Below are positions 52,056-64,000 of a stretch of DNA of 64,000 bases, piece after piece. This DNA comes from Dictyostelium discoideum (Eukaryota): the NCBI GenBank assembly GCA_000004695.1, contig CM000153.2, forward strand, positions 1,856,001-1,920,000, given 5' to 3'. The notes beneath the pieces are model-generated. The model saw only the letters and a list, made by a program, of their open reading frames with translations, made no database searches and had not been told where the DNA came from. Within the stretch, counting starts at the first letter, position 1. Each line of letters opens with the position of its first letter. The translations under genes and the position numbers were made by a program.

Positions 52056-53198
52056 ATTAATATGATTATATTATAAAAATTTAAATAAAAAGTTATTTTA
52101 TACTTACTTTTAAAACAACCAATGGTGTCAATTCTCGTTTTTTTAAGTTCTTTACCAATTTCTGTTTGAATTCTATCTATGAATACATTTACATATGTTT
52201 GAGGTGGTAGAAATTTAATAATTTCAATATTTTTAATTGTTGCTAAAAAAAAAAATAAAATAAAATAAAATAAAATAAAATAATAAAATAATAAAAAAAT
52301 AATTAGTTTTTCTTGACATGTAATTTTAATTATGTAAATTTAAAAAAAAAAAAAGAAAAAAATAGTTACCAGAATTTTTTTTTTGTATAATTGCTAAATC
52401 CATCTCCCTATTTATTTTAGAAATAACTTCATGCGCCTTTATATTTATATTTAAAAATTCACCAACATGTTTTAAAACTTCATCTTTAAATCCAAGTATA
52501 TCACCAATTTGATAATCATCATAATTTCTATGAATCTATTTAATAAAAAAAACAACAAATTATAATTAATTATATTTTTATTACTTTTTATTATTATAAA
52601 AATAACTTACATAATTCTCTAAAACTTCTAAATTATATTTATTTGTTGATTTATTTTTAACTTTTGTTTCAAAAAATTCCGAAGTATTCATAATGACTTT
52701 AAATCTATAAAACATTGGTGAAAAGAATTTACCATAGGCAGAGAAAGGTTGATTTAATCTAAACCAAGAATCACAGGAAACTTGAATCCATAGGGACCAT
52801 TCTTCTTTTGCACCATATTGTAAACTGTATTCTGATATCTCTGCACTTACTAATTGATTAAAAAATTTTGAACCAGGGGGACCAGTGATCACACCTTGGA
52901 TGTAGTAATTCATTTTCTCTGAATTTATCCTATCAATATAAATATATCTATCGGGTGATGATTTATTGTTTACCGTTTTCTTATTTGAAAAATAAATTTC
53001 AAAATCTGTTATATCATATAACGATTCTTGTTTACCTAAAAATAATCTTGGTTCATCTTTAAATTGTGTTGATTTCTTATTTCTTTCAAGTACTGAATCA
53101 TAAACTTCTTGTGGTATTGTATCTAAATTAACTTCTGGATAATTGAATTTATAAATTGTTTCTGAATTTTTTAATTTTTTTTTATTATCTAACATCAT
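50991..53198 (-). CDS. Hypothetical acidic protein, about 607 aa, with degenerate P-loop-like ITGPPGS and a Cys-containing C-terminal region; exons 52611..53198, 52370..52535, 52108..52242, 51682..52017, 50991..51589
   Basis: Donors gtaagt, gtaact and gtaagt with AT-rich acceptors. Exon 4 encodes a long D/E-rich tract. The last junction requires a 92-nt GTGTCA..CTATAG intron (or a frameshift) to join to the 203-codon open frame ending at 50991, which ends in poly-Asn. With that model, all phases sum to 608 codons. Confidence 0.4.
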
Positions 53199-53386
53199 CT
53201 TTTTTTTTTTTTTTTTTTTTTTTTTTTCTATATCAAAAATATAAATAAATAATAATAAATATAATTAAATAAATTATTATTTTAAATATAAATATATATA
53301 ATAGTTTTTAAAAAATCATCAACAAAAAGAAGTTGAGGGAGTGTGTGCGTCAGTTATTGTGAAGTTATCGTTTTTAGAACATGAAA

Positions 53387-53427
<41 letters not shown>

Positions 53428-53800
53428 AATTAAAAAAAAAAAAAAACAAAATTTAATTAAAAAATAATAAAAAGATAGATAACCAGTCGGTTATTAAAAA
53501 AAAAAATTAAAACCAAAAAAAAAAAAAAATGGAATAATTATAAATACCATTTTTTTTTTAACAACCGACTGGTTATTTATCATATTTATTGATTTTTTTT
53601 TTTTTTTTCTTTTAATTTTTTTTTTATTTATAGCAATTGAATTTAAAAAAAAATATTTATTACTTTTTTTTTCAAAACACATAATTTTTTTTTTTTCCTA
53701 TACACATAATTTTTTTTTATTTTTTTATTTTTTTTTATTTAATTCAACACCCATTAAATTTACAATTTTAAAAAAAAAAAAAAAAAAGAGAGAGATAAAT

Positions 53801-54440
53801 ATGTTATCCTCCTCTTCTTCCTCATTATCCAATAATGAAGAAATTAATATTAGAAATAGTAATAATAATAAAATTCCCAAAGATTTACTCAAAAGTAGTA
53901 GTTCTGGATTAAATTTTTGTAATAATAATAATAGTAATAATATTTTTATAGTAAAATCAGATGATTTATTAAACTCACCAATTTCAACAACTCCTCCAAT
54001 AATTCAAAATAATAATAATAATAATAATAGTAATAATATAAATAATAATAAAAATGAAAATAATAATAGTAGTAATAATAAAAATGAAAATGAAAATGAA
54101 AATAAAAGTGAAAGTGAAAATAAAATTACAAAAAATTCAAATGGAAATGGGTCTTATTATTATTATTATAGTGTGAATACAATTTTGGATGACACAAATA
54201 ATGAAAATAATGAAAATAATGAAAATAGTGAAAATAATAATAATAAAAACAATAATGAAGAATATGGAAATATAAATAATGAAAATGATTTTAATTATTA
54301 TAATATTAATAATAATAATAATAAAGATAATTTTAGTGATAATAATATAATAATTTTAAAAGATTCAAATAATATAGAAATGGATTATATAGATTTAAAT
54401 ATTTCAAATAAAATATTAAAAAAAAGTTTAAGCTTTCTTC

Positions 54441-54477
<37 letters not shown>

Positions 54478-55387
54478 CCAAAATACAACAACTCAAATTA
54501 AATTAAAACTTTTATCAATATTTTCAATTAAAACATTTAAAACAATATTTTTAGTATTTTTAATATCGAATTTAGGTTATAGCACATTCTTTTCATATAC
54601 ATCACCTGAAGCATTATCACATACATTTTGTATGTAAATTAATTTATTGAATCAATGATTCCTCTCTCCCTTCCCACTACCCCCCAATTATCAATATATT
54701 AATTAATATATATAATTTTTTTTTTTTTTTTTAATAATAATAATAATAGATGAAACATTTTCAATTTCATCATCACAATTTAGTGGATTATTTATTTTAT
54801 ATGCATTACCAAATGTATTTATGGTGATATTAAGTGGTATGATTATTGATATGGTTGGAGCAGATATTGTTAGTATAGTATTGAGTAGTTGTGTTGTGAT
54901 TTCAACATTGGTGGGAGCATTATCACCACCTAATTTCCCATTAATGTTAGTATCAAGATTTATATTAGGATTTGCAGGAGAATCATTAATTTCATGTTCA
55001 AATACAATAATGTCAAAATGGTTTCATTCAAGAACTTTATCATTATGTATGGGAGTACTTGTTGGTTGGATTTATTCAGCCAATTTCATCTCTCTAACTA
55101 TATTACCATCAATTAAAAAACGTTTAGGATTTAAATTAAGTTTATGGATAATTTTCTTTATAGCTTTATTAGGTCTATCTTTAAACATTCTTTATCTATT
55201 AATTAAAAATAATTTTAATGATATTAAACAATATCAATCAAATGAAGAAAAAGATAAATTATTAAATAATTATAATATTAATAATAATATTAATAATAAT
55301 AATAATAATAATAATATAATAATTATTGGAGATATTAATAATAATAAAGTTAATAATAATGAAGATGATAAAGAAGTTTTATTAAAT

Positions 55388-55424
<37 letters not shown>

Positions 55425-56062
55425 TTTTAAAATTAATAATTAATTTTAAAGATAAAGTTAAATCAATTTTAATTCAAGTACCAATTAGAATGTGGTTAAT
55501 TGTTGGAATTGTATTTTTTGGATATACAGCATTATTTGGGTTGGCAATTATTGGACCTGATTTTTTAGGTCAAAAGTATGGTTTTAATGAATCCCGAGCA
55601 GCATTAATTTTATCAAGTGAACATATAGTTAGTGCAACATTTTCACCAATTGTTGGGATATTAATAAAGAGATTTACAAAGAGAATACTTGTATTACTGA
55701 TATCATTGGTGATTATGATAATTGGGTTAACATTACTATTGACAACAAATGTTTATCCATTATGGTGGATTGTAATTTGTGGTATTGGTTATTCAATGTT
55801 AAATACAACAATAGTTTCATCAATTCCAATCATTGCACCACAATCAATTATTGGTACATGTTATGGATTCATTGGAACTTCATATAATTGTGGTTTAATT
55901 GTGTTTCCATATTTACTTGGTTCATTAAAAGAATCATTTGGAAATTATAATATTTCAATTACAATTCTAATTGGTAATTGTATTATATCAATACTATTAC
56001 TTTGTTTATTAAAATATTTTGATTTAAAAGAATCAATTTTAAATAAAAGATTAGATAATTAA
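53801..56062 (+). CDS. Major facilitator superfamily transporter with low-complexity N-terminal extension, about 713 aa; exons 53801..54629 and 54750..56062
   Basis: Donor TTT T|gtatgtaaat and acceptor aataatag|AT are phase 1. The result is 12 hydrophobic helices with an internal poly-Asn loop (IFLVFLISNLGYSTFF..|..LFILYALPNVFMVILSGMIIDMVGADIVSIVLSSCV..). The conserved MFS motif position D-R/K is represented by LVSRFILGFAGES. Confidence 0.65.
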
Positions 56063-56155
56063 AAAAAAAAAAAGAATATTATTATTATTTATTTAAAATT
56101 TTATTTATTTATATTTTATTTATTTATATTTTATTTTAGTAATTTATTTATTTAT

Positions 56156-58608
56156 TTAATTAAATAAATTTGAAATATTTGAAATATTTTCATTTGATTG
56201 ATCACTAATTTTACTTATAAATAATTTCTCTGGTAAATCTAAAATTGATTCTTTTTTTAATTTATTTAATGGAATACCAATAACATCTTGTAATAATTTT
56301 TTAAATAAAACTTTTTGAGATTTTTCAGAACGAGTTGAAATTAGATCTTTGTTGAAAGCTTGAAGAATTGGGGGAGTAATATTTGGTAATGATAAAAGGA
56401 TCTCTTGAGGATAATTACAAATTTGATAATATTTCATATAGATTAAACGAATGATTGATTGGATATCATTTGAAAATTCTGCAAATTTATTAACAATTAA
56501 AATCTTTATACAACAACCAAACATTTCTGAACCAATCAATTTGAAGAATTTTGGATCATTTACTTTCTCATGATCCACAAGTAATTGAGTTGAGACAATC
56601 AATGACTTCTTTAAGATTGGTGTATCCATTGCCATTAGACAACTAGAGATACCATATACCATTGGTGTCATAACATCGATACTACTGAAAATATAATTTG
56701 GTGATTGTGTGATTATATTTGAGCAACACATTAAAAACTCCATTGAAACGTCACGTAAAATCTTATCTTCAACGATTTCATTCTTTTCATTCTCTTTTTC
56801 ACCCTTTTGTGAACGTAGTTTAATAAGTTCCCAACCTGCTTTGATTCTATTAAAGAGTACAGAGAATAATAATGGTAAGATTGGTTCGAAAATGGTATGC
56901 TCTAATTTGGTAGGACAATTCTTTATGAGATAATTTAGGATATGTTTAACCAATAACTTTAGATGTCTATTTTCAATTGATTCCAAATATGAGAAAACTG
57001 AATCCAATAATACCAATGGTAAATCTGGTAAACTAAATAATTCATCCGAATGATTGAATCCGTAACCAACAATTTCATAACAAGCATCCCTTAAACAATC
57101 TAATATGTTACGAAGAAAGGTAACATTTGAACTTTCAGATTTCTGTTCTTTATGATACTCAAAGCCTAATAATGGTGCAGTGATTGAATCATCTAAATTG
57201 AAAATGGTACTTAATGATGGATGTATCTTTGCACGATGTTCTGGCATCCATAATTGATGAAGTGTACGTGTTAATGATAAAACACCAGGTAAAACTTGTT
57301 TAACAAATGAAGAGATTGGCCATTTACCATTGTAACTAATACCATTGGAAATGAATGGTGCAAATAGTTCATCACTTGAATTGGTTGGAATTTGAGATTT
57401 CTTCCAAAAGATTTGTAATGTTGAAGCAACATATTGAATATTCTTTCTTCTTGAAACCAATGTTGCATCTAAATTTTGACTATCGGCAATTGATAAACCT
57501 AAATATTGAATAAAAGCATCGGGTGATGATAATGCAGTGGACATTTCAAGAGAAACCCATTGTTCAATGATTGGTGTTAGAATTCCTTTATAGAAATCCA
57601 AAGTTTGTTGATAACTTGGTAGGTTATTACTAAAGACAATTAACAAATGGAAAAGCATAACTTTCTCTGTCTCTGTGACAACATTCTTTTGAAATAGCTC
57701 AACCACTGATTTGTAGAGAATATCAAAGTATGGTTTCATTAGATGAGAGATATTAGTGGAAATACCAATCAATGAACTAATGGCTCTTCTACGTGTATGT
57801 AAAACTGAATTCTGAAAGGATCTATTTGGATTATCTAAACCTGGGAATGGAATCAATGGTACGATCTTATTCAATAGGAATTTAATTGATTCTGGATTAG
57901 TTTGATAATATAAGATATAGGCTTGAAGACAATCGATTTGGAATGATGTAATATTTGGCTCGGTTGAGTTAATTTCAAAGAGTAAATTTAATACCCTATC
58001 AGTTAATTGTATGATATTTGGTTGTTGCTGTTGTTCTTTATTAAAGAATAATGATGATTCTGGTGTGAAATCTTTAATATTCAATAAAATTGAATCTAAA
58101 ATATGTGAATGTGATTCCAATACCAATGTTTGTTCATGTGATAGCGATGCTACATTTAAATTTGCCTTTAATGCATCCAATACATCGGCAACTTTAGTTG
58201 CAATGAAAATGTATGCCATTTCACGACGTTGAATCGTTATCAATTTGATGATATCCAAATAACGAGTTCTAACACCACCGAAAAAGTTTGACCATTCTTT
58301 TGATGTACCAAAATCAATTTCACTATATTTTGATTGCTCTGAATCTGATTTCTCTGGATCACCAATTCTAACGAATTTTACCAACATTGTTTCCATAATT
58401 TGTTTAATCACTTCTTCAAGATATGAAAGTTCCAAACTTTCCACCTTTATAAATGTATGCCAAAATGGTAATACAAATGATGATAATAAAATACTTGGAT
58501 GTGAAACCATTTGAAGCATTAATTGTAAATAAATATTATAATTATTTGGTATTTTATGTTTATCATCATATGCATTTAAATGAACTGTACCTAAAATTGT
58601 TAATGCCT

Positions 58609-58639
<31 letters not shown>

Positions 58640-58661
58640 TATAAAAATGAAAGAAATATTA

Positions 58662-58744
<83 letters not shown>

Positions 58745-59705
58745 TTACTTGTGTAATTCTTTTATGAAATGAATAATCATCTTCAAAATCTGAATTAATT
58801 TTAATTGAATTTAAAAAATTTTCCATAAAATTAAAAGGAGTTTGAATTAATTCAATTCTTTCATCAGGACGACCTTTACGTCCAAGGAAAAGTATTAAAT
58901 TTTCACAAGCACCCATTCTAAATGGTACATCTAAAATAAGTTGACAAAAGATTTGATCCAATTTATGGTCAAAGATAACTTTTGATGGTACCCATTCAAT
59001 ATATGATCTTAAAGTTGTTAAAAGTACATTAATGAGATGAATGACTTGTTTAGTTTGTTGTGGTGTTGTGGTTGTTGCTGGTGTTGGTTGTTTGTATTGT
59101 GTATATTTTGATTCTAACAATTGATAGAAATATTCAAATAATGAAGTTACCGCTAAATTAATACCAGCCATTAAATCTTTTCTACGTTGATCAGAGAGTA
59201 CTTGTGATGTTGAGCCAGTGTCAAAGATGATATCGTGTGGTAGTAACCCAAATGTTGATAATACCAATTCGGTTTGTGTGTCTGATATCTTTGAGATTTC
59301 AATCAATGATGTCAATAGATTCATCCAACGTTGTGGCCAATCTCTTTTAATAACATCCACTAAAATGGTCACTAATTTCTCCTTTATGAATTTTGGTTCA
59401 TTCGATGTGATTCTTCTCATCAATTCTAATATCTCCTTCTTTATTAATTCTCTCTCTTGATCGTTACATTCATACCATCTATTCTTTACCAAGGTCTCTA
59501 TAATATGTAAAGCAAAATGTTTCAATATATCATTGTTTGATGTGGTAATGATTGCAATTGCATAAGAATGTGCATTTGCTCTGGTTTTGATCTCTTCTAA
59601 AAATACTTGTGATTCTTCTCTTTGTTTATTATTTGATTTTGGGTCATGTAATAATGATAATGCTTGTTCAATTTGATTAACTACTAAAATTATATCATTA
59701 TTCAT
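56156..59705 (-). CDS. Exportin-5, about 1135 aa; exons 58749..59705 and 56156..58606
   Basis: Importin-beta N-terminal/Xpo1 region (RWYEC..IKRDWPQRWMNLL..QTELVLSTFGLLPHDII) is collinear with human XPO5 (KREWPQHWPDML..QTELVMFILLRLAEDVV). The middle IDFGTSKEWSNFFGGVRTR compares with FDFDSDEDFNAFFNSSR, and the C-terminal KSQKVLFKKLLQDVIGIPLNKLKKE with KRRKDQFKRLIAGCIGKPLGEQFRKE. Donor CAA|gtaagt and acceptor aaaaag|GCA are phase 0. The intron holds A(25) and (ATT)about28. Confidence 0.85.
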
Positions 59706-59858
59706 TGTTTTTACAAAAAATATAAATATATATATATGTATATATGTTTAAAAAAAAAAAAAAAAGTTTATTTAATTATTTTTTCTATGTTTAAAAAATT
59801 ATTATTAATACACTCGGGTGCGCGCTTTTTATGAAATGAATTTGAAAAAATGAATTTG

Positions 59859-59899
<41 letters not shown>

Positions 59900-60861
59900 T
59901 TTTTCTATGAATTAATCTTTTTATTGAGAAACTAAACATTTTTGAAAATTTTTATTTATTTTTCTTTTTTTAGTTTTCTTTCATGATTGTCTTAAATTTT
60001 TTTCTTGAACTTACATATCCCTAAAAAATAATTTAAATATAAAAATAAAAAATTTATATATAAATATATATATATATATATATTATATATAAATAATTTG
60101 AATAAAAATATATATATAATATATTTAATATTATATTTATTTAAAAAATAAAATAAAAAAGACAAAACAAGAAACAATCTAATTTTCCTTGAAAATTTTT
60201 TATTGATTTTTTTAATTCTTTTTATTATTTTTTTTTTTTATTTTTTTTTTTTTATTTTTTTTAATTAATTTTTTTTTTTTTTTTTTTTTTTATTAAAAAT
60301 TCGCTCACACATTTTCAAAATTTTATTTATTATTTTTTTTTGTTTTTTTTTTTTTTTTTTTGGGGGGGATATAAGATTAATGAAAGCAAAAAATTTTTAA
60401 TAATAAGAAAAAGAATAATAATAATAATAATAAAATATAATAATATTGATCATTAATTTGTTTGATTTTATATTAAATAAAAAAATTTTAAAAAAATAAA
60501 ATAATAGTATTTATTAAAAAAAAAAAATAATCATAATAATAATAGTAATAATAACATAAACCAAATTTATTAAATTTTTTTATATTTACCTAAAAAAAAA
60601 TATTAAAAAAAAAAATAAATAAAAAAATAAATAAATAAATAAATAAATAAATAAAAAAAATAATAGTAATAATAATTATTTTAAAAAAAAAAAAACAAGT
60701 AAATAAAAATTAATAAAAAAAAAAACAAGTAAATAAAAATTAATAAAATAATTAAAAAAAAAAAATAAAAATAAAAATAAAAAAAAAAGGGGATAAAAAA
60801 ATTTTAAAAGATTAAAATAAAAAAAAATAAAAAAAAATTATAGAAAAATAATAATAAAACC

Positions 60862-63800
60862 ATGAGAAATGAGCAATTAGAACAAAAAAAACTAATTAAA
60901 GAGAATTGGTCACAAGAATTGGTTTCAGGTGAGGTAGTTAATATTATATCAGCTCGTTGGTTAAAACTTTGGAAAAATTATGTAAAATATGATGACAATA
61001 CCACATTAAACAGTTCAAATACAACACCACTAAATTGTTCAACTACCACTAGTACCACTACAACTACTACTACAACTACCACTGCGACAACTAACAATAA
61101 ATCAGTTGAAGATAATAATAATAGTAGTGCCAATAATAATAATAATAATAGTATTCAATTTGATTCAGCAAAACCAGAATCAATAGATAATAGAGAGATT
61201 ATAGAAGGTAATGATTCAGAGGGTGAACCAATTGTTTCAAAGAGGGTGACAGAGAAAGAGGATTATGAAATTATACCAAATAGAGTTTGGAAACTTTTAG
61301 TATCATGGTATCAAGGTGGACCAGAGATAAAGAGAAAAGTGGTTGAATTGGGTGTAAGAAATGAATTGTATGTTGAAGTTAGACCACTTCTAGTTGGTGT
61401 AAAATATCATCAATCTCTAATCAGTGAATTATCAAAACTACCACCATCATCAACCTCAAACAATTCCACAAAAGAGTTTTTATTTCAAAAAAGTTTAAAA
61501 TCATCTCTAAGTGAATTAAGAGAATATATTGGTAAAGTTGAAAACATTGATCCAATGAAATTAGTTTTTTACAATAATAACAACAGTAATAGTGGTTCAA
61601 TAAAAATCAAACCAATTAAAAGAGATTATTTAACATTAGAAGATTTAAAATTTGAAAATTCAAGTCAACTAATTTTACATTTTCAACCAAATAATAATTG
61701 TCATAGTAGTAGTAATTCTTCATCATCAGCGTCGTCATCAGATCAATCTTCTTCACATCATAATCCAAAATTAATGAATAAAATTAGTAAAAAGATTGGT
61801 AATATTTTTAAAAAGAAAACACATCCTGGTAGATCTTATTCAGATCCATCTTATTATCAAAATAATGGAAGTAGTAACAACAATAATAGTAATGGTAATG
61901 GTGGTAATAATGGTAATCAAAGTGGTGGAGCAAGTACAACTAATGGTGGTATGAATATAAGAGATAATAGTTCAACTAGTAGTACAAGTAGTTCAAATTC
62001 AAATGAAAATTCACCAACTTTTGAACAAAATGGATCAACTAAAGAGTTGATTAGTAATGGTAAGGTTTGTGGTTTATCAAACCTTGGTAACACTTGTTTT
62101 ATGAATTCATCAATTCAATGTTTAGCTCATACAGGACCATTGGTTGAATATTTTCTTAGTGGTCGTTATTTAGGTGATATTAATAAAACTAATCCGTTGG
62201 GTATGAAAGGTCAAATCGCAGATATCTATGGTAAACTAATGAAAGATATGTGGAGTGGTTCAAGTTGTGTAGCACCAAAACATTTGAAATGGATCATTGG
62301 AAAGTATGCACCACAATTTAGTGGAATCTCTCAACAAGACAGTCAAGAACTACTCTCGTTCCTTTTGGATGGTTTACACGAGGATTTGAATAAAGTAATA
62401 AAGAAACCCTATCAAGAGGAGAAAGATGAACCAAAGGAACCACGTGAAGACATTGTTGTCGCCAATGAACAGTGGGATAATCATATTAAACGTAATCAAT
62501 CGATCATTGTCAATCTCTTTCAAGGTCAATATAAATCAACATTGGTTTGTGCAAAATGTTCAAAAGTTAGTATCACCTTTGACCCCTATATGTTTGTCAC
62601 TCTACCCATACCTGTACCAACCGAGAGACTATTCGATGTGTTACTCTTTCGTAGGAAGCCACAAATGGGTTCAGAAGCATTGGGTCCTGACCCAAATGGT
62701 ATCTACTGTCTAAACAATGCAATGTCACCAATTAAATATTGTCTAAAGCTACCAAAACGTGAAGATGTAGAAACTTTACGTGTTGAACTTTCAAAGATCG
62801 TTGGAATTGAATCATCTTGTATTGCATTGGCTGAAACTTTCAAAAATAGAATCTACACCTTTTTAAATGATCAAAAGAATCTCATCTCCATCAAAGATAA
62901 AGATGTTACAATAGCCTATGAATTACCACATGCTGGTGATGATATCTCAAGAATTCATGTTATGCATAGAAAAAAGAATGATCTGACCCTACTTCCTTAT
63001 GTATTATTATTAAATTATTCTGAAACAACTTGTAAAGATTTATATAGGATGGTTTGGGAACGTGTTGGTCATAGAGTTAAAAAAGGTTGGAAATCTGCAT
63101 TAAAACAAAAACTTTCAAAAGAAAATATTCAATTACCAAATAATAATAGTAATGAAGAAAATGAAAATATAAATAATACTAATAATAATAATACAAATAA
63201 TAATACAAATAATAATACAAATAATCAACAACAACAACAACAAGATATTTTATCAAATTTTGAAAAAGATAGTCATATTAGTACAAATGATGAAATGTTT
63301 GAAGAAGATGATACATCATCAGTTACAGATGATGAAATGTTTGAATCAATTTATCCATTTATATTGAAAACAACCAATGGTTATGGAAATCATTGTGATC
63401 GTTGTCCAAATGGATGTACTGGTTGTCCAGTGGAATGTAATGATAAACCTTTACATTCACTCTATAAGAATCCAAAATATTGGCGTGAAGGTTGTAATAA
63501 TCTAACCATCGATTGGAGACCAGAGATTTTAAAGTATATCGATTTCACAGAACATGACGATCCAAATTCACCATTCACCGTTCAAGATAAGAGTATTCAA
63601 TTGAAAACCGAATTTAGAAATGAAATCACCTTGAATGATTGTTTACAACTTTATACAAAGAGTGAAAAACTCGGAACAAACGATACTTGGTATTGTCCTC
63701 AATGTAAAGCTCATATAGAAGGTTCAATGAAGAAATTGGAATTATGGAGTGCTCCAAAGATTTTAGTGGTACATTTGAAACGTTTCCATTATGTTCATGG

Positions 63801-64000
63801 CCATCGTCATGAGAAAATTAATGCTTTTGTCGATTTCCCGTTGGATAATCTTGACATTTCACAATGGGTACTCAATAAATCAAATCCTCCTCCGATCTAT
63901 CAATTGTATGCTGTCTCCAATCATATGGGTGGTATGGGTTCTGGTCACTATACCTCTTGTATTAAAAATAACAAAGATCAATGGTATTTAATTAGTGATT
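60862..64000 (+). CDS. Ubiquitin carboxyl-terminal hydrolase, USP4/USP11/USP15-like (DUSP plus USP domains), 3' partial (runs off window end)
   Basis: Continuous open frame from ATG 60862 to 64000, not in the ORF track because there is no stop in the window. DUSP domain (ENWSQELVSGEVVNIISARWLKLWKNYV..YEIIPNRVWKLLVSWYQGGPEIKRKVVE), Cys box GLSNLGNTCFMNSSIQCLAHT, QQDSQELLSFLLDGLHEDLN, zinc-ribbon CAKC..CPQC, and His box YQLYAVSNHMGGMGSGHYTSCIK. Confidence 0.85.
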   Translation, partial: MRNEQLEQKKLIKENWSQELVSGEVVNIISARWLKLWKNYVKYDDNTTLNSSNTTPLNCSTTTSTTTTTTTTTTATTNNKSVEDNNNSSANNNNNNSIQFDSAKPESIDNREIIEGNDSEGEPIVSKRVTEKEDYEIIPNRVWKLLVSWYQGGPEIKRKVVELGVRNELYVEVRPLLVGVKYHQSLISELSKLPPSSTSNNSTKEFLFQKSLKSSLSELREYIGKVENIDPMKLVFYNNNNSNSGSIKIKPIKRDYLTLEDLKFENSSQLILHFQPNNNCHSSSNSSSSASSSDQSSSHHNPKLMNKISKKIGNIFKKKTHPGRSYSDPSYYQNNGSSNNNNSNGNGGNNGNQSGGASTTNGGMNIRDNSSTSSTSSSNSNENSPTFEQNGSTKELISNGKVCGLSNLGNTCFMNSSIQCLAHTGPLVEYFLSGRYLGDINKTNPLGMKGQIADIYGKLMKDMWSGSSCVAPKHLKWIIGKYAPQFSGISQQDSQELLSFLLDGLHEDLNKVIKKPYQEEKDEPKEPREDIVVANEQWDNHIKRNQSIIVNLFQGQYKSTLVCAKCSKVSITFDPYMFVTLPIPVPTERLFDVLLFRRKPQMGSEALGPDPNGIYCLNNAMSPIKYCLKLPKREDVETLRVELSKIVGIESSCIALAETFKNRIYTFLNDQKNLISIKDKDVTIAYELPHAGDDISRIHVMHRKKNDLTLLPYVLLLNYSETTCKDLYRMVWERVGHRVKKGWKSALKQKLSKENIQLPNNNSNEENENINNTNNNNTNNNTNNNTNNQQQQQQDILSNFEKDSHISTNDEMFEEDDTSSVTDDEMFESIYPFILKTTNGYGNHCDRCPNGCTGCPVECNDKPLHSLYKNPKYWREGCNNLTIDWRPEILKYIDFTEHDDPNSPFTVQDKSIQLKTEFRNEITLNDCLQLYTKSEKLGTNDTWYCPQCKAHIEGSMKKLELWSAPKILVVHLKRFHYVHGHRHEKINAFVDFPLDNLDISQWVLNKSNPPPIYQLYAVSNHMGGMGSGHYTSCIKNNKDQWYLISD

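Noticed and set aside
56709-59460. Small plus-strand ORFs 56709..56933, 58011..58232, 59218..59460 and minus 57271..57468
   Set aside because: Antisense or alternative frames within the exportin-5 exons.
62426-62713. 95-aa plus ORF
   Set aside because: +1 frame inside the continuous USP ORF. The true frame is open from 60862 to the window end.

Overview
The window is extremely AT-rich (about 78% A+T), with long homopolymer runs, trinucleotide microsatellites and poly-Asn/Gln coding tracts typical of the Dictyostelium discoideum nuclear genome. All calls are made by eye from the sequence and the ORF track; no searches were run.

The region is gene-dense. I can support about 30 protein-coding genes on both strands, almost all interrupted by short AT-rich GT..AG introns of roughly 70-190 nt. 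I reconstructed exon phases by hand and give exon coordinates in each feature's evidence field. The provided ORF track omits ORFs that run off the 3' edge, including the final USP gene.

Recognisable products:
- saposin-like protein (5' partial)
- LYR-motif protein
- 7-TM protein
- RsmH/METTL15 rRNA m4C methyltransferase
- cytochrome P450 with a poly-Asn insert
- Vps4 AAA-ATPase
- GDAP2-like protein (macro domain plus CRAL-TRIO domain)
- short-chain dehydrogenase (SDR)
- oxysterol-binding protein
- NIPA/ZC3HC1-like zinc-finger protein carrying an (AAT)51 tract
- phospholipase-B-like protein
- PHB-depolymerase-family esterase
- large FG-GAP/Cys-rich membrane protein
- histidine acid phosphatase
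- bacterial-type (COG1926) phosphoribosyltransferase
- PAP2 lipid phosphate phosphatase
- DCN1-like protein
- Yae1-domain protein
- MFS transporter
- exportin-5
- USP4/15-like deubiquitinase (3' partial)

Non-coding and mobile features:
- A tRNA-Ile(AAU) gene at 23566-23638 with a downstream ex-B box.
- Immediately upstream of the tRNA, a 5'-truncated non-LTR retrotransposon fragment (TRE5-like) flanked by a perfect 22-bp target-site duplication.
- A roughly 2.27 kb unit bounded by 47-bp terminal inverted repeats that carries a piggyBac-transposase-like gene.

Most unusual observations:
- Three tandem, diverged, standalone polyketide-synthase-type acyltransferase (malonyl-CoA:ACP transacylase-like) genes at 45.7-50.6 kb.
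- An uncharacterised, roughly 690-aa protein with a Pol-beta-like nucleotidyltransferase signature.
- Reading-frame discontinuities in two multi-exon genes that need either unusual introns or frameshifts.
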